Shown here in pieces: positions 1 to 8,921 of a stretch of 64,000 nt of DNA (its first letter is position 1; every line of letters begins with the position of its first letter). Both the position numbers and the translations under genes were made by a program. This stretch comes from Patescibacteria group bacterium. GTDB taxonomy: Bacteria > Patescibacteriota > Microgenomatia > UBA1400 > PJMF01. The notes beneath the pieces were generated by a model. That model was not told the DNA's origin. It did not search any database and worked only from the letters and a program-made list of their open reading frames with translations. The stretch lies in NCBI GenBank assembly GCA_039934415.1, contig JBDTME010000002.1, positions 92,746-156,745 on the forward strand, written 5' to 3'.

Positions 1-286
1 GCTCAATGATCGCGACGGATGCCGCTAAAAGCGCCAAACCTATCACTGCACCGGTCATTTTTTTGCGAGCACCAGCTATTTTAGCTTCTTCTCCTCCGGC
101 AAGGATCCAATCAACCGCTCCCCAAATTAAGAACAGTAATGTTGCTAAACCACCTACAATAATCAAGGTGCGCCATAGCAACACAATATAGTTAGTGAAA
201 GCTGCGGCTTTATCGGCAGTCCCACCACCATAATTTGGTTGCAAGACTGGGTTACTGATATCTGCAAGTAGGGTTGAAAAAAACAT
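1..286 (-). CDS. VirB2/TrbC-like (T4SS_pilin) membrane protein, 3'-truncated by window edge; not in ORF track
   Basis: Hand translation from ATG at 286: MFFSTLLADISNPVLQPNYGGG...IIVGGLATLLFLIWGAVDWILAGGEEAKIAGARKKMTGAVIGLALLAASVAIIE. Same TM-G..W..AGG..K...A+..+..A.IGL-TM pattern as the three neighbouring genes. Confidence 0.8.
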   Translation of the reverse strand, partial: MFFSTLLADISNPVLQPNYGGGTADKAAAFTNYIVLLWRTLIIVGGLATLLFLIWGAVDWILAGGEEAKIAGARKKMTGAVIGLALLAASVAIIE

Positions 287-289
287 ATT

Positions 290-676
290 TTATAATTTAC
301 AAGGTGTAGTCGATAAAGGATTTAAGGCGTTAATTGCTGTTCCTGGTGCCAACAGATCGAGTCCAAGTGCTCCTCCGATGACTGCCATGATGCCATAAGA
401 GATGATGACAATAATCAGACCGATCGCTCCGTTGGTCATTTGTTTTTTGGCTGTTTCTACTTTACCTTCATCTCCTCCAGCCAGCGTCCACTGCAGCGCT
501 CCAAATAAAAAGTACAACAAAAAAGCCAAACCTGCTAAGACTGTTAAAAACCCCAATATTAAAGAAATAATGCCTTCTAATGAGTTACACGCTCCGGTGA
601 TTGTGGGATCGAACACGCCAGTACCAGCACCTTGGAACTGACCAATCGAAACGTCTTGTGTTGCAGCAATTAACAT
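290..676 (-). CDS. VirB2/TrbC-like (T4SS_pilin) membrane protein
   Basis: Two hydrophobic helices joined by GALQWTLAGGDEGKVETAKKQMTNGAIGL, the CPR T4SS-pilin pattern. Confidence 0.8.
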   Translation of the reverse strand: MLIAATQDVSIGQFQGAGTGVFDPTITGACNSLEGIISLILGFLTVLAGLAFLLYFLFGALQWTLAGGDEGKVETAKKQMTNGAIGLIIVIISYGIMAVIGGALGLDLLAPGTAINALNPLSTTPCKL

Positions 677-680
677 AAAT

Positions 681-1055
681 TTATGGGGCGATACCCGTAA
701 TTTTAGGATTCAAAATGAAAGTTGGATCGCCAAAGATAACAAAGCTGGCGACGGCAGTAATCGTAAATGAGCTCACGATAATCACTAATCCAATTAGACT
801 CATGTAAATACTTTGCCAGGCGGTTTCGACAGCTTTCACATCATTCGAAGCAGTGATGTACTTAAAACCAGCCATGATGAGGTTGAAAAGTGACCAAATA
901 CCGGCGATGACAGTAATTAACTTAATGATGTTGGATGCAAAAACGACAATACCGATTTGACCAGCAGCCAGACCTGTTTGATAAGACGCAACACCTGGAG
1001 GAGCTTGAATTGTCCCCCACAGTGAGTCTGCAATTAAGGTACTGAGTAAGAACAT
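681..1055 (-). CDS. VirB2/TrbC-like (T4SS_pilin) membrane protein
   Basis: AGFKYITASNDVKAVETAWQSIYMSLIGL between two TM helices. Confidence 0.8.
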   Translation of the reverse strand: MFLLSTLIADSLWGTIQAPPGVASYQTGLAAGQIGIVVFASNIIKLITVIAGIWSLFNLIMAGFKYITASNDVKAVETAWQSIYMSLIGLVIIVSSFTITAVASFVIFGDPTFILNPKITGIAP

Positions 1056-1073
1056 ATGTTTCTTGCGACCAAT

Positions 1074-1388
1074 TTATAAAATCTTCAATCCGGTTAACAA
1101 CTCGACGACTTGAATGATCCAGTACGCACTGAACATCACTACAAACCCAATCAACGCTGATGTAATCTTTTTTTGTCCCTCTTCCACACTCTTTGTTGAT
1201 TCTGAGGAAATTATACTCAATCCACCTGCAATCATCAAGAAAAGAAATATTACCCCTGCTAACAAGAAAATATTAGGCACAATCAGATTAATCAGGGAAC
1301 CCAAATCCTTATACTGTTCACCAACTGACTGAGTGTCGTTGATCTTAATTGCAGTCCCAAGGTCAATAGAGGCTAACAGATTTGACAT
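1074..1388 (-). CDS. VirB2/TrbC-like (T4SS_pilin) membrane protein
   Basis: GGLSIISSESTKSVEEGQKKITSALIGF motif. ATG at 1388 lies 6 nt downstream of TATAAT (minus strand, 1395-1400). Confidence 0.8.
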   Translation of the reverse strand: MSNLLASIDLGTAIKINDTQSVGEQYKDLGSLINLIVPNIFLLAGVIFLFLMIAGGLSIISSESTKSVEEGQKKITSALIGFVVMFSAYWIIQVVELLTGLKIL

Positions 1389-1531
1389 ACTCACATTATA
1401 CTACTTTGGACCTCAGGAGGGTAGCAAGGGGCAACCTCTACTCATTTTCAAGTTTAGCCTGGTGCTAGTTCGTCCAAAGATGGGCAAACTTGCTACTTCA
1501 ATCAAAAAGTGTATATAATTCATTCCTCACG

Positions 1532-2083
1532 ATGCAAAATACCGCCTACCAGGAAACTGCGCTCATCATCGACCTTAAACTCGGTTTACCGGAAGCGGTG
1601 GAAATTTGGTATCGCAAGTACACACCAATCATTCAAAAATTTATTAGTTTAAAAATTGATAACAAAAAAGACGTCGAAGAGATTAGTCGGGAAACCTTTT
1701 TAAACAGCTTGCGTGATCTTCCGCTGTTTCAAGGTAAGTCATCACTTAAAACATGGATGTTACGCATTGCCGCTCATGAAGTTGCTGATTACTATCGTCG
1801 CAGATACGCCAAGAAATTTGTTCACTCCATTCCGCTATCCAACTTTCTGTTTCACGAAGATCCCAAAAACATGCATGACACATCTGAGTATGTGGTAGAG
1901 GTACTCAAACGCATGAAGATAGAATACAAACAGCTGATAATCTTAAAATACGTAGAAAATTTATCTGTCAAAGAAATCGCCACTCGTATTCACAAATCAA
2001 TCAAGTCAGTCGAATCTGATTTATTCCGTGCCAGAAAGGAGTTTCGAGTACTGTATCAAACAGTTAGCTCTGAAGTTGTATAA
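1532..2083 (+). CDS. ECF-type sigma-70 factor
   Basis: Region 2 (DVEEISRETF...FQGKSSLKTWMLRIAAH) and region 4 HTH (LKYVENLSVKEIA...SVESDLFRAR); ATG 1532 preferred start. Confidence 0.9.
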   Translation: MQNTAYQETALIIDLKLGLPEAVEIWYRKYTPIIQKFISLKIDNKKDVEEISRETFLNSLRDLPLFQGKSSLKTWMLRIAAHEVADYYRRRYAKKFVHSIPLSNFLFHEDPKNMHDTSEYVVEVLKRMKIEYKQLIILKYVENLSVKEIATRIHKSIKSVESDLFRARKEFRVLYQTVSSEVV

Positions 2084-2092
2084 ACTCACCAT

Positions 2093-2320
2093 ATGATAAA
2101 AAAACCTGCCGAACCATTTTTACATCAACTCCAAACCACCGCCAAACGACAATCCCGTCTCCAAGACACGTCCGTTTTTCCTCCATTTCTCTATCCACTC
2201 ACCTCATTCATCGGCGAAAAACCATGGCAAACGCTGGTACTTTCATCTTTTCTATTCTCTTGGATAGTCTTTCTTTTGTGGTTTGAATTTTTTTTCAACT
2301 TCGTGCACAATATACTCTAG
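2093..2320 (+). CDS. small membrane protein (possible anti-sigma partner)
   Basis: 75 aa, C-terminal TM helix, 9 nt after the ECF gene. Confidence 0.6.
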   Translation: MIKKPAEPFLHQLQTTAKRQSRLQDTSVFPPFLYPLTSFIGEKPWQTLVLSSFLFSWIVFLLWFEFFFNFVHNIL

Positions 2321-2400
2321 ACTTTTCACCCAATCAGTAGTAAAAAACGGAAAGCTCAGTCCCCGAGTACTTTAGTAAATAAAAGCGGGACAGTGGTGCT

Positions 2401-2712
2401 ATGCAAAAACGGACATTACTCACATCTACTTTCTATAGCGTGCTCCAAGCCTCCGCCGGCTTACTCATCCATCCTTATCAAACCATGCAACACTTAGTCG
2501 AAGACAAGATCTTCATGTGGCTGACCTTTTTACCCATTCTCTTGGTAACCCTGTTTTTCTTTATCTGGTGGCTCGCCCTCCAATCTTTTTTTGCAACCAT
2601 TCCGTACATCGGAGCGTGGGCATTTACACTCATCTGGGGCGGTAGTTTTTTTGTCTTCTGGCAAGTTTTGTTGTTCTATCTCTTCCTACGATTCCTGATT
2701 ACTCTTAAATAA
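2401..2712 (+). CDS. hypothetical membrane protein
   Basis: 103 aa, two TM segments. Confidence 0.65.
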   Translation: MQKRTLLTSTFYSVLQASAGLLIHPYQTMQHLVEDKIFMWLTFLPILLVTLFFFIWWLALQSFFATIPYIGAWAFTLIWGGSFFVFWQVLLFYLFLRFLITLK

Positions 2713-2732
2713 GTCTGTTGAATCCAACTAAA

Positions 2733-2820
2733 CCTCTTGTCGACTCAGTCTGGCTCGTCACATCTCGCCAGATCTTCGCTGCCTAAATTGATCGGTTTAA
2801 CAAGTTTACCGATCAATTTA
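2733..2820. repeat. dispersed palindromic intergenic element, copy 1 (TCTGGC/GCCAGA core plus 13-bp hairpin)
   Basis: Core CTTGTCGACTCAGTCTGGCTCGTCACATCTCGCCAGATCTTCGC, then perfect stem 2784-2796/2808-2820. Reverse complement resembles 21945-22024, 25777-25822 and 29431-29475. Confidence 0.7.
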
Positions 2821-2872
2821 TGCATGATTTCACATCTCTTTTGCGACTATTAGTGCATTGAAAGGCAAAAAT

Positions 2873-3073
2873 ATGCAAGTTGCTCGATATTGGAGAATGA
2901 AAGGGAACTTGTATCGCTTAGAGGGCTTCAGAAACTTACAAGATGGTTCAGTCAGTTTGCAACAAAAAAACATTCTGGCTCATGGGAAAGAATCAGAACC
3001 AACGAGTTCAACTGAAAAGACATCAGCCACTAAGCCTGAATCCCAAAAGTTACTACCAATGGAAAAACAATAA
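2873..3073 (+). CDS. short protein resembling the N-terminus of DUF35 (Zn-ribbon/OB-fold) proteins, lacking the Cys ligands and OB fold
   Basis: MQVARYWRMKGNLYRLEG resembles the DUF35 M.VPR.WR....RY.L.G start; stop overlaps the idi start (TAATG). Confidence 0.55.
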   Translation: MQVARYWRMKGNLYRLEGFRNLQDGSVSLQQKNILAHGKESEPTSSTEKTSATKPESQKLLPMEKQ

Positions 3074-3711
3074 TGATCAGTCCACACACTATTACTAAAG
3101 ATCCCACTGATCTCGTCACTTTAGTCAATGAAAGAGACGAAGTCATTGGCACCATGGATAAAATCGAAGCTCATAGAGGCGAGGCAAAGTTACACCGTTG
3201 TGTATCGGTCTATTTATTTCAAAAGAATAAAACTGGAGTTGAGTTACTCATCCAGCAAAGAGCTGCAGTCAAAATTGTCGGTGCAAACCAGTGGGCTAAT
3301 ACTATTTGTGGCAATGTTCGCCCTACTGAAGATTATGAACAATGCGCGTACCGACGACTCAGAGAAGAGTTGGGAATTACAAAAGTGGAAATTAAACCCA
3401 TCTACAAATTTGTATATAACCTGCCTTGTAATGAACAATTTAGTGAATGGGAAATGGATCAGGTATTTTTCGGTTGGTATGACGGAGAAGTGATACCCAA
3501 TCCAAACGAAGCACAGGACTTTAGTTGGGTGAAGTGGCAAGAATTGTTAGAAGCAAGCGAAAAAACAAATGCGGATGAACAAAATTTTAAAACCAAGAAA
3601 GTAGAGCTAAAAAATCAAATCAAAACAAAGCATTTCACCCTCACCCCTTGGTTTGTGTGGATGCTAGGAGATAAAAAGCTTATTAATTTATTAAATAAGG
3701 ATATTTATTAA
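3073..3711 (+). CDS. idi: isopentenyl-diphosphate delta-isomerase type 1 (Nudix fold)
   Basis: LVNERDEVIG..DKIEAH, LHRCVSV, LLIQQRA..K, WANTICG, RRLREELG, EWEMDQVF. Confidence 0.9.
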   Translation: MISPHTITKDPTDLVTLVNERDEVIGTMDKIEAHRGEAKLHRCVSVYLFQKNKTGVELLIQQRAAVKIVGANQWANTICGNVRPTEDYEQCAYRRLREELGITKVEIKPIYKFVYNLPCNEQFSEWEMDQVFFGWYDGEVIPNPNEAQDFSWVKWQELLEASEKTNADEQNFKTKKVELKNQIKTKHFTLTPWFVWMLGDKKLINLLNKDIY

Positions 3712-3732
3712 CAAATATCTGAAAGGAATGAT

Positions 3733-3960
3733 ATGAGCAACGAGACCACACAAGCAGCGTGGGTATGGATTGAACAACAACCTGACGCTAAAAAAGTTCT
3801 TCACAAATATATTGGAGAAGACACTAGTAAAATTGCTGATCCTGATTTCATAGCAATTGTAAATGAGAGCGGTTTTACAGCAGAAAATCTTTTAAGTGCA
3901 CTTATTCAGAATGATGCTTCAGCAAGTGCTGTGTTTCAATTTTTAATCCCTGACTGTTAA
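3733..3960 (+). CDS. hypothetical protein
   Basis: 75 aa ORF inside operon, GAAAGGA upstream. Confidence 0.55.
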   Translation: MSNETTQAAWVWIEQQPDAKKVLHKYIGEDTSKIADPDFIAIVNESGFTAENLLSALIQNDASASAVFQFLIPDC

Positions 3961-4004
3961 AAACAGTCTTAAGCCTGCCCAAATTTCAACTGCTCTGAAT
4001 AAAT

Positions 4005-4976
4005 ATGACACTAATTACTGCTTCTGCACCAGGGAAACTATTATTGTATGGCGACCATGCGGTCGTGTACGGAAAACCGTGCATCGTAACGGCGGTTGAC
4101 CAACGAGTGCACGTCACTGTTAAAAAAAATGGCGTCGATACTTTCCATCTCGATGCACCTGATCTAGGCCTGACAGCATATTCAAAAACAATCAACGATC
4201 TCGGTCAAAAAGAACTCCCGAAATCTGTAGCTTTTATCGAAATTTGTTACAAACGATTTTTGGAAAAATACCCACAACAAGAAGGGATAGTAGTTACGAC
4301 TAAAAGTGACTTTTCTTCTCTGTTTGGTTTTGGCTCGAGCAGTGCCGTCACCGTTGCCTTTGCCAAAGCATTAACAACTTTATATGGGATCACACTGACA
4401 AATAAAGAACTATTTAATCTTTGTTACCAAGCGGTGATCGATGTCCAAGGAGTTGGCTCTGGTTTTGATATCGCTGCGGCAATCTGGGGTGGAACAATCT
4501 ATTACGTCACGCCCGCAAAAGTTGTAAAAGTAGTTTCGTGCCCAGAACTCCCACTAATAGTCGGATATACCGGAGTAAAAGCAGACACCCCCACCTTAAT
4601 TCGGATGGTGGAGTCGCTCAAACAACAAGATTCTTCGAAAATTAAAACGATCTTTAATCATATGTCTAACATTGTTGATGCTGCCTTTCAAACCATTAGT
4701 GAAAGTAATTGGGAAAAAGCTGGAAAACTCATGAATCAGAATCAGCTACTGTTGAGAGAACTTCAAGTAAGTAGCGTAAAATTAGAGTCATTGATTGAAG
4801 CCGCAATTACAGCAGGAGCTTATGGCGCAAAATTGTCAGGTGCCGGTGGAGGAGACTGCATGATTGCTCTTTGCGACAAGAAATATGTAACACCGATAGC
4901 AACTGCAATTGAAAAAGCAGGTGGAAAATATATGGATGTCAACCTCAATGCGCAAGGAGTCAGAATTGAAAAATAA
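4005..4976 (+). CDS. mvk: GHMP kinase: mevalonate kinase and/or phosphomevalonate kinase
   Basis: SAPGKLLLYGDHAVVYG, FGFGSSSA, VQGVGSGFDIAAA, AKLSGAGGGDC; mevalonate operon context. Confidence 0.85.
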   Translation: MTLITASAPGKLLLYGDHAVVYGKPCIVTAVDQRVHVTVKKNGVDTFHLDAPDLGLTAYSKTINDLGQKELPKSVAFIEICYKRFLEKYPQQEGIVVTTKSDFSSLFGFGSSSAVTVAFAKALTTLYGITLTNKELFNLCYQAVIDVQGVGSGFDIAAAIWGGTIYYVTPAKVVKVVSCPELPLIVGYTGVKADTPTLIRMVESLKQQDSSKIKTIFNHMSNIVDAAFQTISESNWEKAGKLMNQNQLLLRELQVSSVKLESLIEAAITAGAYGAKLSGAGGGDCMIALCDKKYVTPIATAIEKAGGKYMDVNLNAQGVRIEK

Positions 4977-5958
4977 ACTCATCAAAACTACTGCAAAAGC
5001 TTCCTCTGATGTCGCGCTCATCAAATACTGGGGCAAAAAAGATGAAAGCCTGAGACTGCCAGAAAACAGTAGCATCTCTTTGATTTTGGATGGTTTAGAC
5101 ACTGTCACCACAGTTGAGTTTCAAGAAAAACTTACTGAAGATTTGATAACAATTCAAGGAGAGAGTGAAGAAGGTGAGGCATCGCGAGTCAAACAACACT
5201 TGGATCGTATTCGAAAACTAGCTGGCTTGAACATGTACGCAAAAGTAGTTTCAAATAACACCTTTCCAAAAGGAACTGGCTTATCAAGTTCTGGCTCTGG
5301 TTTTGCAGCACTCACGTACTCCGCAACTAAAGCAGCTGGACTTGATTTATCTGAAAAAGAGTTGAGTATTTTATCTCGACAAGGCTCGGGGACAGCATGT
5401 CGATGTGCGTGTGGAGGGATCGTTCAGTGGAAAGATGGTGACACTTCCGAAACTTCTTTTTCAAAAAGTCTGTATCCCTCCGATTACTGGGATATCCGCG
5501 ACGTGATCGCAGTCGTCGACGAAGGAAAGAAAAACACTTCATCAACTCAAGGTCATGCCACAGCCCAAACGAGTGTCTTTTACCAAGCACGCCAAGAAAA
5601 TTTAGATAAAAAAATTGGTGCATTAAAAAATGCTTTGACCAAAAAAGACTTTTCAAAACTGGGTGCCATTGTTGAAGCAGAAGCACTTGAATTTCATTCG
5701 ATTTTATTAACTAGTCATCCTCCTTTAGTTGCCTGGTACCCTGGAACAATTGCTGTGATGTTAGAAGTACAAGCAATGAGAAAAGATGGAATAGAAGCGT
5801 ATTTTACGATCAACACCGGTTTCAACGTTCACATTTTAACGACGCCTGAATTTGAAAAAAAAGTTCAAAAAAGAATTGAGCAGTTGCCGTTAGTGAAAAA
5901 AACCTTGTCCGCAACCATCGGTGAAAAACCCACATTTTCATCAACACACTTATTTTAA
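4966..5958 (+). CDS. mvaD: diphosphomevalonate decarboxylase homolog (atypical active site)
   Basis: ALIKYWGK, NTFPKGTGLSSSGSGFAAL, GSGTACR, YFTINTGFNV; TTG start at 4966 after AAGGAG. Confidence 0.85.
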   Translation: MKNKLIKTTAKASSDVALIKYWGKKDESLRLPENSSISLILDGLDTVTTVEFQEKLTEDLITIQGESEEGEASRVKQHLDRIRKLAGLNMYAKVVSNNTFPKGTGLSSSGSGFAALTYSATKAAGLDLSEKELSILSRQGSGTACRCACGGIVQWKDGDTSETSFSKSLYPSDYWDIRDVIAVVDEGKKNTSSTQGHATAQTSVFYQARQENLDKKIGALKNALTKKDFSKLGAIVEAEALEFHSILLTSHPPLVAWYPGTIAVMLEVQAMRKDGIEAYFTINTGFNVHILTTPEFEKKVQKRIEQLPLVKKTLSATIGEKPTFSSTHLF

Positions 5959-5971
5959 AGAAAGGGCTATT

Positions 5972-6544
5972 ATGGCTGACGTTAAAGAGCAAGAAATTAT
6001 TATTCACATGACACCTACTGGTGAAATGGTTGGCCCTGTTGGGCGTGAGGATGCGCACAATAAAGAAAATCCAATTCCCCACGCAGTGGTTTTCACTTTA
6101 CTTGCGACAAAAAATAAAGTTGATGGTCAACTCGAAAAAGGACTTTTTCAAGTTAGAGGAGAGCAGGTAAAAGCTTATCCTGGGTATTTAACACTGACCG
6201 CAAGTGGTCACATACAATATGAAGAGGGCAAACCAATATCTCAAATTGCTCTAGAGAATGCTTTCAGAGAAACTGCAGAAGAGACTGGTTTAGTTGAAAA
6301 CTTCCCGTTTGAACTCGCAGCCCAAGGATTTTTGGGCATAGAGAAAGATCAACAATACATGTTTATCTTTCTTGCCTATGTTGATGAGTTACCTACGTCT
6401 CTATCTACTCAAGAGGCAGAAGTAAAGAAAATGCTTACACTAAAACTCGGTGAATTGATGGAGTTTATTCAAAATGGGAAAGTGACACCTTTTGCCTTAG
6501 AAGCACTAAGATTAATGGGAATTATTCCTTCAGAAAGTAGTTAA
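5972..6544 (+). CDS. Nudix-family hydrolase, IDI-like
   Basis: GEMVGPVGREDAH, PHAVVF, YPGYLTLTASGH, AFRETAEETG Nudix box. Confidence 0.75.
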   Translation: MADVKEQEIIIHMTPTGEMVGPVGREDAHNKENPIPHAVVFTLLATKNKVDGQLEKGLFQVRGEQVKAYPGYLTLTASGHIQYEEGKPISQIALENAFRETAEETGLVENFPFELAAQGFLGIEKDQQYMFIFLAYVDELPTSLSTQEAEVKKMLTLKLGELMEFIQNGKVTPFALEALRLMGIIPSESS

Positions 6545-6558
6545 AGAGCCAAAAACCT

Positions 6559-7257
6559 ATGACCCATACAACTAGCATTCCACAACATATCGCGATTATC
6601 ATGGATGGCAATCGTCGATGGGCAAAGCAGCATAAGTTGCAGGCTCTGCAAGGGCATCAGTACGTCACTGAAAAGGTCATAGAGCCATTGGTTGATGCGT
6701 GCGTGGAGTTTGGCGTTCCATATCTGACTCTGTGGGCGTTTAGCACTGAGAACTGGAAAAGAGATCAATCTGAAGTCGAAGGGTTGATGAAGTTGTTCCG
6801 GAGAGCATTTGCGAAAAGTGTTCAGGATCTGCACAAAAAAGGCGTCCGACTGAACTATATCGGTGATTTAACAAAATTCCCCAAAGATATTCAGGAGAGC
6901 GTAGCAGAGTGGATTGAGATTTCAAAAAACAATACCAAGATCACTGTTACATTTGCACTCAATTATGGTGGGCAAGATGAAATTCTTCGTGCAATCAAAA
7001 AAGCCGCTCAAAATGGAGAAGAGCTGCAAAACATCACTGCCGCAGAATTTTCCCAATATCTCGATACCAACACCATACCTGATCCGGATCTACTCATCCG
7101 CCCGGGTGGAGAACAACGACTTTCGGGGTATCTTCCTTGGCAAAGTGTCTATGCAGAACTCTACTTCACTGACATTCTTATGCCGGATTTTGGTAGAGAA
7201 GAGCTCCATAAAGCAATAGAGGAGTACGGAAATCGATGGAGAAGATTTGGGAAATAA
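6559..7257 (+). CDS. uppS: undecaprenyl diphosphate synthase (cis-prenyltransferase)
   Basis: PQHIAIIMDGNRRWA, WAFSTENWKR, NYGG, DPDLLIRPGGEQRLSGYL. Confidence 0.95.
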   Translation: MTHTTSIPQHIAIIMDGNRRWAKQHKLQALQGHQYVTEKVIEPLVDACVEFGVPYLTLWAFSTENWKRDQSEVEGLMKLFRRAFAKSVQDLHKKGVRLNYIGDLTKFPKDIQESVAEWIEISKNNTKITVTFALNYGGQDEILRAIKKAAQNGEELQNITAAEFSQYLDTNTIPDPDLLIRPGGEQRLSGYLPWQSVYAELYFTDILMPDFGREELHKAIEEYGNRWRRFGK

Positions 7258-7492
7258 TAATTAATTTTCTCATTTACAAATTTTCAAAACAGTACAAAAA
7301 AACAAATCGTTTAAAAATTGAGAATCACAAATACGGAAGATCAGTGTCAAAAAGTTATCCACATTCCACTATTATTCCCGCTTCTCACCCGTTTAATTCT
7401 TCATTCAAAACTACACAGTAACCAAACATCAATATTATACAGTTTGATATAGTTCGGGTTTTTTACGACGCTATTTGTGAAAATCGTGAAAA

Positions 7493-7831
7493 CTATTTTG
7501 TTATAGGACTTTGTTTAGCTCTCTTCTCTGCCTCTTCTCGCCTCAGTCTTTTTCTTTCTTCCGAGCGTTCGAGTTTTCCCTGGATTTTACTTAACTGCAT
7601 TGTTACTAAAACTGCTATCACAGTAACAACTGTCGCATAAATGAATAACGACCAGACTCCACTTCCCTGCCCTAAATATGGTTTGATATACACCTCAACC
7701 ACATTTTTAATGAACTCATTCCAGGCCAAAGCTACTACGACACCGAATCCGCCAGTGGATAGCAAAATCATTTGGGAAATAATTGACTTGGGTAAATCGC
7801 TCAATCGTTCTGGTGTTTGTAAATTTGCCAT
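7493..7831 (-). CDS. DUF5654-like small membrane protein
   Basis: GFGVVVALAWNEFIK...LFIYATVVTVIAV, two TM helices. Confidence 0.7.
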   Translation of the reverse strand: MANLQTPERLSDLPKSIISQMILLSTGGFGVVVALAWNEFIKNVVEVYIKPYLGQGSGVWSLFIYATVVTVIAVLVTMQLSKIQGKLERSEERKRLRREEAEKRAKQSPITK

Positions 7832-7904
7832 AAACTCCCTTAGAAGTGTGTATTATAGCAAACAAATCACCCCTTTACTTCTCGCCTATCTCAACAGTAT
7901 ACAC

Positions 7905-7936
7905 AAAAAAGGAGAGTCTCACTGAGACTCTCCTTT
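7905..7936 (-). terminator. intrinsic terminator downstream of dsbA
   Basis: AAAGGAGAGTCTCA-C-TGAGACTCTCCTTT inverted repeat with A-tract (U-tract on minus strand). Confidence 0.8.
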
Positions 7937-7957
7937 CACATTTTCAAAATATCAAGC

Positions 7958-8797
7958 TCATTTGGCTAACTTTTCATCAATCTTTGCCTTGAATGCTGCG
8001 ATTGGTTGAGCACCGACCAAAGGATCTTTTTCGACGAAAAAGGTTGGAGTACCACCTGCACCAACTTTGTTTCCAAGTGCGGAATCATTATCGGTAGCTG
8101 TTTTGTACTTTCCTTCTTTGACACAAGCAACTGCTTTGTCTCCATTGAGTCCACCAGCATTGGCTAACTCAGAATACTTCTTGTACAAATCTTCACCAGT
8201 GAGTGAAACCCACATGGCTTGGTTAGTGAAGAGTTGATCGTGCATCTGTAATCCCTTGCCCTGTTCGACAGCACAACGAACGAGTTGAGCTGAAGAATTG
8301 GAGTTCGGGTGAAATGGTAACGGTTGATCCTTCAAGATAATCTTCATTTTGCCAGTTTTAACATAATCCTCAATCAATTGTTTTTGAGTTTGAGTGTAGA
8401 ACTGTTCACAAAATGGACACTGATAATCGGTGAACTCAACCATAGTAACTTTGGCGTTTTTATCACCAATCACGAAAACTGGTTCTTTTTGAATTTCTTT
8501 CCAATCAGCGTCAGAAAGTGGTTGAGCTGCAGCTGGCGCAGCTGCTGGTGCCTGAGCTGCTGGTTGATTTCCAAGACCACCTCCCGCTTTCAGTGTTTGA
8601 TTCTCTTTCCATAAAGATCCAAACACAAAGCCAAAGATGAACAATCCACTACCAACGACTAATAAAAGAAAATTATTATTTACGAATTGCAACATCGAAG
8701 AGAGAGAGTATGAATTCTGACTCATTGATGTCATTACTGCTTTTTGCTTTGGTTCAACTTGAACGCTTGCTTTTTTTGTCGGCATGGGACTCCTCAA
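7958..8797 (-). CDS. membrane-anchored DsbA-family thiol-disulfide oxidoreductase
   Basis: N-terminal TM, VTMVEFTDYQCPFC, GGTPTFF. Confidence 0.9.
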   Translation of the reverse strand: MRSPMPTKKASVQVEPKQKAVMTSMSQNSYSLSSMLQFVNNNFLLLVVGSGLFIFGFVFGSLWKENQTLKAGGGLGNQPAAQAPAAAPAAAQPLSDADWKEIQKEPVFVIGDKNAKVTMVEFTDYQCPFCEQFYTQTQKQLIEDYVKTGKMKIILKDQPLPFHPNSNSSAQLVRCAVEQGKGLQMHDQLFTNQAMWVSLTGEDLYKKYSELANAGGLNGDKAVACVKEGKYKTATDNDSALGNKVGAGGTPTFFVEKDPLVGAQPIAAFKAKIDEKLAK

Positions 8798-8921
8798 ATA
8801 AAAAACTGATATTACTTTTAATCGAATTTACTCTATCAGAAAAAAAGACGACTGGAAAGCAGTAATTCAATGGCTATTTTTCAAATCAAAGAATTTTTAA
8901 ACACGAGTTCACTGCATTTTT

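Noticed and set aside
7355-7363. Perfect DnaA box TTATCCACA
   Set aside because: Single copy between convergent genes, no cluster or trio; could be chance
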